Origin: Mobula hypostoma
Taxonomy: Eukaryota
Direction: 5' to 3'
Assembly (NCBI RefSeq): GCF_963921235.1
Contig: NC_086108.1
Span: 106,828,001 to 106,892,000, forward strand
Length of the DNA: 64,000 bases
The translations under genes were made by a program, and so were the position numbers. Positions 1 to 11,304 of the stretch are shown here, piece by piece. Position 1 is the first letter of the stretch; the number at the start of each line of letters is the position of its first letter. Below the pieces are notes generated by a model that made no database searches, was not told the DNA's origin, and saw only the letters and a program-made list of their open reading frames with translations.

Positions 1-650
1 CCCACTTTGTGATGAACTGAGGCTGAGGCTGCGGGCCTTCTCTGGCTGTTCTGGGCTTTGTGTCTATGGACTCACTTTCGTTCTGAAGGCTGCTGCCTGC
101 TTTTGTTGTTTGCATGATTTGTGTTTTCTACTCTCTTTACACATTGGGTGTTGGTCTCCCTTTTTTGTAATTGGGTTCTTTTGGGTGTTTTGCTTTGAGG
201 CTGCCTGTAAGCAGGCAAATCTCAAGGCTGTATAATTTATACATACTTTGATAATAAATCTACTTTTGAACCTTGAGGAAGGTAGTACAGGAGTCTTACA
301 TCCCACACCACCAGATTCAAGAACAGTTATTACCCCTCAACCATCAGACGTTTGAACCAAAAGGGCTTTCCCCATCAATGAACTGTTCTCACAATCTATG
401 GACTCACTTCCAATGAATCTTCATCTCATGTTTTTGATACTTATTGCTTACTTATATTTTATTATTTTCTTATTTTTTATTTGATAGTTTGTTATCTTTT
501 GCACATTGTTTCTATTCAAGATGGATAAACAATCAATCTTTTATTGTTTCTATTGTGTTTCTTTGTATTTACTGTGAATGCCCACAAGAAAATGAATCAC
601 AGCGTTGTGTATGGTGACACATATGTACTTTGATAATAAGTTTACTTTGA
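1..650 (+). mobile_element. Two tandem degenerate Rex1/Babar-related non-autonomous 3' fragments
   Basis: Each ends in 'tactttgataataaa..tactttga'. The second begins with cacaccaccagattcaagaacagttattacccc (HTTRFKNSY, Rex-like C-terminus). The same tail recurs many times in the window. Confidence 0.6.
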
Positions 651-869
651 ATAAGGTTGGTTACGGTGAGTAGAGGATAGTTTAACGGACATGTCAGAGG
701 TAGTAGAGAGTTGTCAGTGTTGTCTATACTTCCGTGCCTCTTGACGCTGCTGCAAGTAGCTTTTTCATTGTACCTGTACCTCACTGTACTTGTGCACAGG
801 ACAAAGTTGCCTTCAAAGTTCAAAGTAGGTTTATGATCAATGTAAATATGTATATGTCACCATGTACAG

Positions 870-1517
870 AAAGACTGGCAAAAAGTATCTCCTTGGCCAT
901 CAACAACAGTAGGCACCTCCACCAACTTAGAAAGCCCATAGCCTTTGTCAAGAGTTGAGACCAACCACAGCCTCAGCCCAGATCACTGGCAGGTTTGCAC
1001 GCCACAGTGTCTGACTAGCAACTGAAAGTCAATCTTGGCTAGCAACAGAAGTGTCCTCACTTCATCGCATCATTATCCCTGAAGCCTGCCATAGTCATTC
1101 TGTCAAAAACGCCGAAGCAGTTGGTCACGGTAGAACTGATATTTCCTTGGGAAGACTGGATTGAGGAACCGTTTGAGTGTAAGAAAGTGAAATACCAGGA
1201 GTTGGTAGAGCAGTGTCAGAGACGGAGGCAGGAGGGGCATGGTACAAACCTACAGAGGCGAGGTGAAGAGTTTTGCTGGCTGACTTGCTCCACAGAACCT
1301 ACTCTCTCCTTAGCATTAGGCGCTGCAAAGAGAAGAACCATCAGGACCATCACAGCGGCTGCTGAGTGAGCATCCAGGTGTCTATGGATCAAGAGGTGTG
1401 ACCTGTGGATCAATGCTGCTGGGACAAAAGCCAGCACCCAATCATCCCTGGCTGGGCTGCCTGGATGAGAGTGTCTGATGTTGAAACTCCTGATGATTCC
1501 GGGTTACATCATTAATG
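870..1517 (+). mobile_element. HERO/R2-like (RLE-endonuclease) non-LTR retrotransposon, decayed 3' end; 3' UTR resumes at 2108-2130
   Basis: Translation KPAIVILSKTPKQLVTVELIFPWEDWIEEPFECKKVKYQELVEQC..RRTIRTITAAAE resembles the RPD..ELTVPWE..K..KY restriction-like endonuclease motif of HERO elements. The 3' UTR matches the second copy at 12510-12780. Confidence 0.75.
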
Positions 1518-2102
1518 TAGGAAATAGAGACGGTCAGAGCCGTCTCTATTTCCTGAGGAGACTGAGGTCCTTTAACATCTGCCAGACGATGCTGAGGATG
1601 TTCTACGAGTCTATGGTGACCAGTGCTATCATGTTTGCTGTTGTGTGCTGGGGCAGCAGGCTGAGGGTAGCAGACACCAACTGAATCAACAAACTCATTC
1701 GTAAGGCCAGTGCTGTTGTGGGGATGGAACTGGACTCTCTGACGGTGGTGTCGGAAAAAAGGATGCTGTCTAAGTTGCATGCCATCTTGGACAATGTCTC
1801 CCATCCACTACATAATGTACTGGGTGGGTACAGGAGTACATTCAGCCCGAGACTCATTCCACCGAGATGCAACACAGAGCGTCATAGGAAGTCATTCCTG
1901 CCTGTGGCCATCAAACCTTACAACTCCTCCCTTGGAGGGTCAGACACCCTGAGCCAATAGGCTGGTACTGGACTTATTTCCTGGCACAATTTACATATTA
2001 CTATTTAACTATTTAGGGTTTTATTACTATCTATTATTTATGGTGCAAATGTAACGAAAACCAATTTCCCCCGGGATCAATAAAATATGACTATGACTAC
2101 TA
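1518..2102 (+). mobile_element. Rex1/Babar LINE, 5'-truncated 3' end, young family
   Basis: GQSRLYFLRRLRSFN..HPLH..RHRKSFLPVAIK..YN C-terminus; AATAAA plus (TATGAC)n tail; TAATG duplicated at 1513-1517 and 2103-2107; near-identical copies at 29299-29571 and 48818-49184. Confidence 0.9.
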
Positions 2103-3070
2103 TAATGATGTGTCCCAGCTCATCCAGCATGTACTTCAGCAAAGTTCAAAGTAGATTTATGATCAAAGTAAGTAAATTCACCATGTACTACCCTGAGTTC
2201 AAGCAGTCACAGTAGAACAAAGAAATACAACAGAATCCGTGAAAAACTGCACACAAAGACTCAATGAAGCAAACCACTAAAGTTTTGGTTTTATACCGAT
2301 TCCTTCAGACCAGGCTTACAAATAATTATTTGTAGCAAACCGGATTGCAAGGTATCATTTTCAATTTTTGTCAATATTAATTCAGGCAGAGTGCTTGTGT
2401 CCAAACTGAGGTTTTTTTCCCAATTTTGGGCCACTAGGGATTTGACAAGGCCGCCACTCACTGGCTTCATTTTCAGACGCAACGTGCTTCCTGTCCGTGC
2501 TTTCGTCAATTTTGGAGATGCTCTGTTTCTTCTACGGCTCCCTGGATAGCGATTTCAGAAAATCATCCTCAACCGCACAAAAAAAAAGAGGAAATCGCAT
2601 TTTGATTTCAGGGCAAGGGTGAGAGAAGTTCACATTTCTGTCTGATGGAGATCTATCACAAAGTCTCAACAATTTTCTTACTCACTCACTGCACTGATCC
2701 AGAGTTACTGACTTTCAACTATGTCTTAAAAAAAAACAATACCAGGTTTCTAGAATTCAACATCTATCAATCACAATCTGTACTTAGTCAAAGTTAATTT
2801 TTTTGTCATATGCACAAGTATATACGCTAGTTCAAAGTAATTTTCTAAGTACATATATGTCATCATATACTACCTTGTCTTGTAGGCATTCACAGTACAT
2901 GCAAAGAAATGCAGAGGAATCAATGAAAAACTGCATGCAAACAAAGACAAACAACCATGTGCAAAAGAAGGCAATCTGTGCAAATACAAAAATATAATAA
3001 TAAATAAGTAAATAAATAATACTGAAAACATGAGTTGCAATGTCCTTGGAAGTGAGACTGTAGGTTATGG

Positions 3071-3216
3071 CCGCAAACACGAGGAAATCTGCAGATGCTG
3101 GAAATTCAAGCAACACACCTGACGAAGGGTCTCGGCCCGAAACGTCGACTGTACCTCTTCCTATAGATGCTGCCTGGCCTGCTGCGTTCACCAGCAACCC
3201 TGATGTGTGCTGCCTA
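3071..3216. mobile_element. Mini Penelope-like element (inverted tail plus pLTR fragment) carrying a hammerhead core
   Basis: TAGGTTATGG TSD at 3061-3070 and 3217-3226; CTGACGA..GAAACGTC at 3119-3146. Confidence 0.8.
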
Positions 3217-3399
3217 TAGGTTATGGATTCAGTTCCGAGTTGAGATGAGTGAAGTTATCCACGCCAATTCAGGAGCCTGGTGGTTGTGCCTGTTCCTGAA
3301 CCTGGGGTGTGAGAACTAAGGCTCCTGTACCTCCTTCCTAATGGCAACAGCAAGAAAAAAAGCACAGCCAGGATGGTTGGTGTCGGGGATGAGGGAGGG

Positions 3400-3885
3400 G
3401 CTCTGACGGCCTTTGCCTAGGGTCAGAACGTGCGATTAGCAGCTAACAAGACTACTCCGATATGGGGAACAGTATTGGCTGCCCACCGGAGATCTGCCCC
3501 GGCACGCTCACTCCCACAAGCTCTCACCTGTCTCATTGGTCCCTTCCAGATTACTGAATGCACCAGTCACTTACCAACTACGACTATCAGAATCACACCT
3601 ACCTTTCACATGGCCAGCCTCAAGCCCATTGACTATGGACCACTCAGATAGCCTGCAGCTCCAGAACCGAGAATGATGGCAGGTGGTTCAGCGTATATGT
3701 TCTGCTGGTTGACGGATTCATATCGCTTTGGATGGGGTGTTCTGGGTTGACTGGGAAGGGTACAGCCTCGAGGAGAGGTCTTGGGTGCCCATTCCCGTTA
3801 CAACCTGCATCCATCGAGGAGGTCCTCCGGAGCCATCCGGATTGTCCTAGAACATCGGGGGCCCACCACAGAGGGCGTGTGGTTC
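3400..3885 (+). mobile_element. Decayed Gypsy (chromovirus-type) integrase C-terminus and chromodomain
   Basis: Frameshifted peptides HSHKLSP..IGPFQI..IRITPTFHMASLKP (GPY/F module) and VDWEGYSLEERSWVP (chromodomain); followed by TGTCAGG at 3886, a probable LTR start. Confidence 0.7.
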
Positions 3886-4245
3886 TGTCAGGCCTACAAA
3901 TGCAGGCACTTCCCGGTCTCTACCCGGTTCCAGGGTTCACTCACCCTATTGGGAAACAGAGGGAAAGATTGGCCCAAAAGCAGAGCAGCCAAAACAATTT
4001 AGCAGCAAACAATACTTTAATAATAGGTGGCGAAATAACAAGACATGAGGGGCCACAAAGCAGGAGAAAGCAGAAACTAAACACAACAGGCAACAAGTTA
4101 AACTGTAGGCTGGGAGAGTGGAAGCCAGAAGCAACTGGTTCGTTGAGTGACCAAGGTCCGTGGATGGGAACTGCGGTTAAATAGGCAGCAGGTGATGAGT
4201 CTGGAATGAGCAGCAGGTAAATCCCATTGGTTGGGTCCAGACAGG
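3886..4245. mobile_element. Possible Gypsy LTR remnant
   Basis: Starts TGTCA directly after the chromodomain remnant; no CA end or TSD found. Confidence 0.35.
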
Positions 4246-4500
4246 GAAGAGAAAGATTTAATAAGAACTTCCAAATTAACTTTTATTACATGAAAGGTGG
4301 TATATATGTGTGATGAGCTGCCAGAGGAAGTGGTTGAGGTAGGTATCATAATAACTTTTAAAAGACACTTGAACAGCTGTATTAATGGGAAAAGCTTGGA
4401 AGCTTTTGAGCTAGTGCTGGCAAATAGGTTTAGTTTGGAAGAGTCACCTTGGTTAACATGGACTGGCTGGGCTGAGGCCTGATTCTGTGCTGCAGAGCTC
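4245..4500 (+). mobile_element. Old CR1 3' fragment
   Basis: MCDELPEEVVEVGIIITFKRHLN resembles the CR1 ORF2 C-terminus (WNELPEEVVEA..FKRHLD). Confidence 0.7.
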
Positions 4501-4550
4501 CATGATTGGTCAGATCGCACCTGGAGAAGTGTGAGTAGATATCTAATTTA

Positions 4551-5203
4551 GGCTACGTCCACAATGGACCAGGTAAATCCGTAACTGAAACAACTTCTCT
4601 TCGTTTTGACCTTCCGTCCAGACTGAAACAGCGCTTTCCTCCCCTGAAAACGGAGCTCTTCTAAAATGCTCTCCGGAGTGTGTAAATCTGAAAACGCCGG
4701 CTGGGCGGTGTAGTGTGTATGGGGTAAACGGAGCTTTTTAAAAACGCTGTCATGAGGATGTCGTTGTATTTGGTTTGGCACGACTCCCAGTCCACGTTCT
4801 CCACTGCTTTGCTGACTTTGTAGTCGTTTGTAACTCACAGAAGTAGCTCGACTTCATCGTCTGTCCAAACAAAAAGTCCGGTCTGCTTTTTCCAGTGGAG
4901 GTTTTCTTTGTATTCCTCAAAGACATTGTTGAAAACTTTCTTTCCTGCTGTTGTAGATACTCTAGTTTTTGACCAATGGAGATAGCACAAAGCCGCCACG
5001 GAAACAGAAATAGTATACTGTTCCCTCTTCGCTTTCTTCTGTAGATGTGTCCTCCACATGCCCGGTGCATGTAGGAGGAGATTCGCCTAAATACCCATTT
5101 TAATGTGGACGGAGGTATCTTCAAAAATGCCTGGTGTGGATGCCTGTCGTTTTTATGCGAAACCAGCATTTTCAAAATTATCTGGTCCAGTGTGGACGTA
5201 ACC
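4551..5203 (-). mobile_element. Non-autonomous PIF/Harbinger DNA transposon with Myb/SANT-like remnant
   Basis: 22-bp TIRs GGCTACGTCCACAATGGACCAG / CTGGTCCAGTGTGGACGTAACC (2 mismatches); TTA and TAA flanks; minus-strand peptide FVWTDDEVELLL*VTNDYKVSKAVENVDWESCQTKYNDIL. Confidence 0.85.
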
Positions 5204-5534
5204 TAAGAAAGGATATGCTGCAATTGCAGATAGTCCAGAGGAGATTTACAAGAACAATCTTGGGAGTAAAAGAGTTACCACATGAGGAGAATTTGCTAGC
5301 TCTGGGCCTGTACTCACTGGAGGTTAGATTACTGAAAGGGATCTCATTGAAACCTGTCAAATATTGAAAGGCCTAAATAAAGTGGATGTGGAGAGGATGT
5401 ATCCAGTAATGGAGAAGTCTAAGACCAGAGGGCACAGCCTCAGAATAGAAACATAGAAAATAGGTGCAGGAGTAGGCTATTCAGCCCTTCGAGCCTGCAC
5501 CGCCATTTATTATGATCATGGCTGATCATCCAAC

Positions 5535-7442
5535 TCAGAACCCCGCCCCAGCCTTCCCTCCATACCCCCTGACCCCCGTAACCACAAGGGCCATATCTAA
5601 CTCCCTCTTAAATATAGCCGATGAACTGGCCTCAACTGTTTGCTGTGACAGAGAATTCCACAGATTCACCACTCTCTGTGTGAAGAAGTTTTTCCTAATC
5701 TCGGTCCTAAAAGGCTTCCCCTCTATCCTCAAACTGTGGCTCCTCGTTCTGGACTTCCCCAACATCGGGAACAATCTTCCTGCATCTAGCCTGTCCAATC
5801 CCTTTAGGATCTTATATGTTTCAATCAGATCCCCCCTCAATCTTCTAAATTCCAACGAGTACAAGCCCAGTTCATCCAGTCTTTCCTCATATGAAAATCC
5901 TGCCATCCCAGGAATCAATCTGGTGAACCTTCTTTGTACTCCCTCTATGGCAAAGATGTCTTTCCTCAGATTAGGGGACCAAAACTGCACACAATACTCC
6001 AGGTGTGGTCTCACCAAGGCCTTGTACAACTGCAGTTGTACCTCCCTGCTCCTGTACTCGAATCCTCTCGCTATAAATGCCAGCATACCATTCGCCTTTT
6101 TTACCGCCTGCTGTACCTGCATGCCCACTTTCAATGACTGGTGTATAATGACACCCAGGTCTCGTTGCACCTCCCCTTTTCCTAATCAGCCACCATTCAG
6201 ATAATAATCTGTTTTCCTGTTTTTGCCACCGAAGTGGATAACTTCACATTTATCCACATTAAATTGCATCTGCCATGAATTTGCCCACTCACCCAACCTA
6301 TCCAAGTCACCCTGCATCTTCTTAGCATCCTCCTCACAGCTAACACTGCCACCCAGCTTCGTGTCATCCACAAACTTGGAGATGCTGCATTTAATTCCCT
6401 CATCCAAGTCATTAATATATATTGTAAACAACTGGGGTCCCAGCACTGAGCCTTGCGGTACCCCACTAGTCACCGCCTGCCATTCTGAAAAGGTCCCGTT
6501 TATTCCCACTCTTTGCTTCCTGTCTGCTAACCAATTCTCCACCCACACCAATACCTTACCCCCAATACCGTGTGCTTTAAGTTTGCACACTAATCTCCTG
6601 TGTGGGACCTTGTCAAAAGCCTTTTGAAAATCCAAATATACCACATCCACTGGTTCTCCCCTATCCACTCTATTAGTTACATCCTCAAAAAATTCTATGA
6701 GATTCGTCAGACATGATTTTCCTTTCACAAATCCATGCTGACTTTGTCCGATCATTTCACCGCTTTCCAAATGTGCTGTTATCACATCCTTGATAACTGA
6801 CTCCAGCAGTTTCCCCACCACCGACGTTAGGCTAACCGGTCTATAATTCCCCGGTTTCTCTCTCCCTCCTTTTTTAAAAAGTGGAGTTACATTAGCCACC
6901 CTCCAATCCTCAGGAACTAGTCCAGAATCTAACGAGTTTTGAAAAATTATCACTAATGCATCCACTATTTCTTGGGCTACTTCCTTAAGCACACTAGGAT
7001 GCAGACCATCTGGCCCTGGGGATTTATCTGCCTTCAATCCCTTCAATTTACCTAACACCACTTCCCTACTAACATGTATTTCGCTCAGTTCCTCCATCTC
7101 ACTGGACCCTCTGTCCCCTACTATTTCTGGAAGATTATTTATATCCTCCTTAGTGAAGACAGAACCAAAGTAATTATTCAATTGGTCTGCCATGTCCTTG
7201 CTCCCCATAATCAATTCACCTGTTTCTGTCTGCAAGGGACCTATATTTGTCTTTACCAGTCTTTTCCTTTTTACATATCTATAAAAGCTTTTACAGTCCA
7301 TTTTTATGTTCCCTGCCAGTTTTCTCTCATAATCTTTTTTCCCCTTCCTAATTAAGCCCTTTGTCCTCCTCTGCTGAACTCTGAATTTCTCCCAGTCCTC
7401 AGGTGAGCCACTCTCTCTGGCTAATTTGTATGCTTCTTCTTT
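5535..7442 (-). pseudogene. CR1 ORF2 reverse transcriptase region with one in-frame stop at 6186-6188
   Basis: The 371-aa and 211-aa ORFs are in frame across a single TGA (likely CGA>TGA). Manual translation of 7302-7442 shows no stop. Confidence 0.9.
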
Positions 7443-7459
7443 GGAATTGATACTATCCC

Positions 7460-8572
7460 CAGGGTTGGTACTTTCAGAGGAGGCTTGGGGGAAAATCTGC
7501 AGCTTTCAATGGTCCTCGACTAATTCTTTGACTTGGAGAGAACATTGTTGGAAAAACATTATAAGATACTTCAAGACCCCATATCAGGAAAAATATAAAG
7601 ATACAAATGTGATGTGTTGGAGAAGGTGCGGCTCCAAGGAGGCAAATCATTTTCATATTTTCTGGGATTGCCCTAAATTAAGTCTATTTTGGGAAGGTAT
7701 TCATGGAACATTAGTTAAGGTACTTAGGTCCCAGATACCTCTGAACTTTGAGATGCTCTATTTGGGGCATGTATTGTTCCTTGAACAGAAGGAAGATATA
7801 AAGTTGCTGCAGGCCCTCTTAGCGGCAAGTAAGAAATCAATCACTAGAAAATGGCTAAATCCAATACCACCTACATTAGAAGATTGGTACGAAATTATCT
7901 TGGAAATATTTAAAATGGAAAAGTTGACCTACTCCCTGAGAACTCAAAAAGAAACATTTTATCAAATCTGGAATAAATGGATTGAATATATAACTCCAAT
8001 GCGAGCAGACTTTAGATGACTCTCCTAATGATTTATATTGCTCTTCTCATCAACACAGTAATATTGCTAACGTAAGCACCCCTGGTCTAAATGTTTGTTG
8101 TTTTTTTTTGGAAAATAGAGAATTAACACAAGTAAAGGGAAAGATTTGGGAAAGGGATAAAAAAAAATGAAAAAATTAAGTAAATAAGTACATAGGGATT
8201 GGATAATTATGTCTGCGGGCAGGAACAAGCACGAACAAATTGGGATATAAACACCTATAATGGTTGGTATATAGGCTTGTATGCAACATTTTGGACCAGT
8301 GGAAATAGTCCAGAAGGGTTGTATGGAAACTATTATTACCATTTTTCTTAACAACTAATTTCATTACTTAGCCTAATAGGTTAGATTTTCCACAGTACAT
8401 AATTATCTATTTAAATGTTTATTTTGCTTTTATATCATCTCAATGTGTACTTAAGAATGTATAAATAATTGTAGTTTTATACATATAAAAAATGGAAAAG
8501 GTTATATGTGTGAAAAAAGTACATGATAATTGTGAACTCCTTATCCAAATAAAAATAAAATTTAAAAAAAAA
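7460..8572 (+). mobile_element. 5'-truncated L1-clade LINE (ORF2 C-terminal zinc knuckle, 3' UTR, poly(A))
   Basis: CWRRCGSKEANHFHIFWDCPKL (CCHC) and KKSITRKW..PT..W..MEKLTY; AATAAA and A-tail at 8548-8572; perfect 17-bp TSD GGAATTGATACTATCCC at 7443-7459 and 8573-8589. Confidence 0.95.
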
Positions 8573-10019
8573 GGAATTGATACTATCCCTAATTTCTCTT
8601 GTCAGCCACGGGTGCACTACCTTCCTTGATTTATTCTTTTGCCAAACTGGGATGAACAATTGTTGTAGTTCATCCATGCAACCTTTAAATGCTTGCCATT
8701 GCATATCCACCGTCAATCCTTTAAGTGTCATTTGCCAGTCTATCTTAGCTAATTCACGTCTCATACCTTCAAAGTTACCCCTCTTTAAGTTCAGAACCTT
8801 TGTTTCTGAATTAACTATGTCACTCTCCATCTTAATGAAGAATTCCACCATATCATGGTCACTCTTACCCAAGGGGCCTCTCACGACAAGATTACTAATT
8901 AACCCTTCCTCATTGCTCAAAACCCAGTCCAGAATAGCCTGCTCTCTAGTTGGTTGCTCGACAATAGAGGGACATCCGTTTAGAACAGAGACAAACCCGA
9001 ATTTTTTTTAGCCAGTGGGTGGTGAATCTGTGAAGTTCATTGCCAGGGATGGCTGTGGAGTCCAAGTCATTGGATGTATTTAAAGCAGAAGTTGATAGAT
9101 TCTTGATTAGTTAGGGCATCAATGGTTATGGAGAGAAGGCAGGAGAATGGAGTTGAGAGGGATATTAAATCAGCCATGATAGGATGGCGGAGCAGACTTG
9201 ATGGGCTGAACAGCCTAATTCTGCTCCTATGTCTTATGGTCTCTATTGGAGCTCACTGCTCCTTGTGGGAGTTTGCTGTGCACAAACCCGGATGCTCCAT
9301 TTTCCCACACGGCGACAAAGCTTACAGCTCATTAGCTCTTAATAGGACGGAAAATGATTTTGTGAAGGGTACCTTGTCCCTGTCAGTTCCTCCCTCCGAA
9401 ATGTAAGAGTGGCAGAGAAAAGATTAGAGGAAAAAATAATTAGGATTAGAATGATTCATGGGATGTTATATGATTAATTTTTTTTTAAATGTACAGAGGA
9501 ACAATGGTGTTTTAGCTCTTTGCTGTCCCAACACTGTGTGGCAAGGATTTATAATCCCTGGTTGTGTTAAGTTGAGAAGGTCATAGCAATACGAACAATG
9601 AAGAATAGCCTTTAAAAAAATAGACTCCTCAATTTGATGGTTTCTACAGCGACATTAAGCAGTTTTCAAAACTGTTTAACCTTTCGTTTCACTTCAGTCC
9701 CTCTCTGCCTTGCTGAGCCGGAAAATGTAATGACCACCTACAAATTGTGAGCTTCCATCTCCATTTTATGTCCTGCGGCGAGGGCAATTCAATTAGTGTT
9801 GTAATTTGCGATTACACTTGGGCTCTTTTGCTTCAGTCATGCTGTTTTATTCCCCGCTCTGTTTTTTTGGAAAATCATCTCCCAGTAAATTGCACGCTCT
9901 GATAGGGTTTTATTACCTGCCAATTTCAATCTTTGCTTTTATTCATTTTTGGAACGTGGGTGATGCTGACAAAATCAGTTGTCAGGATCAATGCCTTCTA
10001 TGTTCGCTTTGACCGTCAA

Positions 10020-11135
10020 CTCATGGCGGGACCGTGACGAACTCCCACAGCCCGCCCCCGCCGATGATCCTGTGATTTCAGTCTTTGAGGCTGACGTGCA
10101 AGATGCGAGCAGCCTTCGGAGGGTGAACCCATGAGAAGCATCCATCCCAGGCAGGGTACATGGCTGAGAGCTAAAGAGCTGTGCTGTTCAACTGGTTGGA
10201 GTGTTTACTGAGATCTTTATCTCCTGCTTTAGCAGTCTGGGATACCCGCCTACTACAATCAGACTGCACTTGCACTGGTGCCTAAAAAGAACGCAAGAAC
10301 CTGCCTCATTGACTGTCACCCAGTAGTACTTACATCCACAGTGATGAATTGCTGAGAGGTTGGTGACAAAAAGTATCAACTCTTGCCTGTGAATCCACTC
10401 CAACTATCCTACCAGCACAACAGGTCCAAAGCAGATGCTATCTCATTGTTTCTTCACTCAACCTTGGAGCTTCTGAACAGTAAAGGTGCATGCATCAGGA
10501 TGCTCTTTATCAACTACAGCTCATCACCCCCTCAAAACTAATCAATAAACTTCAAAACCTTGGCCTCAGTATCTCCTTGTGCAATTGGATCCACGATTTC
10601 CTCACTTGCAAGACCCCAGTCAGTTGGGATTGACAACAATACCTCCTCCATGATTTCCGTCAGCACTGGTGGACTACAAGGCTGCGTGCTTAGTTCCCTG
10701 CTCTATTCACTTGACACCTATGACTCTGTGCTGGAGCACAGCTCCTATGCCATATTCAGGACTGCTGACACCACCACTGTCGTAGGCCGAATCAAAGGTA
10801 ATGACGAATAGGAGGGAGATTGAAAATCTGGCTGAGTGGCGGCTGTACAACAGCCTCTTATTTAATGTCAGCAAGACCAAGAAGTAGATTATTGACTTCA
10901 GGAGGAGGAAACCAGAGGTCCATGAACCAGTCCTTATTGGATGGTCAGAGGAGGAGAGGGTTAGTAAGTTAAAATTCCTCAGTTATCATCTCAGAGGTCC
11001 TGAATTACAAAGAAAGGGCAGCAGTGCCTCTATTTCCTAGGAGTTTGCGAATATTTGGCATGACATCTAAAATCTTTGACCAACTTCTATAGGTGTGTAG
11101 TGGATTGGTTGCATCATGGCCGGGTATGAAAACCC
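10020..11135 (+). mobile_element. Old degenerate Rex1/Babar RT fragment
   Basis: Frameshifted remnants of VNP.KA..ELKSCAVQLVGVFTEIF, RMLFINYSS, STGGLQGCVLSSLLYSL.TYD, ADTTTVVGRI and IDFRR. Confidence 0.8.
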
Positions 11136-11304
11136 AATAAGACTAATCAACACATCCATCCACTAACTCCACCGCTACTTTATTATTTCCTGTCAGGCAC
11201 CTTAAGTACAGCCTAGCATCACTTTATGGACATAACCAATTTCCCTCGGGATCAATAAAGTATGACTATGACTATACAATCAGTCAATCCATATAAGATA
11301 CCTT

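Larger units (their letters stand above)
5450..8962 (-). mobile_element. Young 5'-truncated CR1 LINE (end of APE domain, complete RT, 3' UTR), interrupted by L1
   Basis: ORFs 8920-8573, 7442-6186 and 6170-5535 are in one frame once the L1 is removed; motifs LGKSDHDMVEF, KSPGPDGLHP, YLDFQKAFDKV, GVPQGSVLGP, KFVDDTKL; AATAGA duplicated at 5444-5449 and 8963-8968. Confidence 0.97.
4505..9245 (+). mobile_element. Old CR1 3' fragment split into 4505-4546, 5204-5449 and 8969-9245 by later insertions
   Basis: The pieces join into ..HLE..YLRKDMLQLQIVQRRFTR..LGLYSLE..KSKTRGHSLRI|EGHPFRTE.. followed by the 3' UTR 'ctaattctgctcctatgtcttatggtct'. Confidence 0.8.

Noticed and set aside
5512..6627. Long plus-strand ORFs (230 aa and 134 aa)
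   Set aside because: Antisense shadows of the CR1 RT frame; no independent protein features.
7426..8019. 197-aa ORF as a standalone gene
   Set aside because: L1 ORF2 C-terminus; the start lies in flanking CR1/TSD sequence.
9346..9407. Possible micro-exon (ATAG|GACGG..AAAT|GTAAGA)
   Set aside because: Weak polypyrimidine tract and no recognisable peptide.
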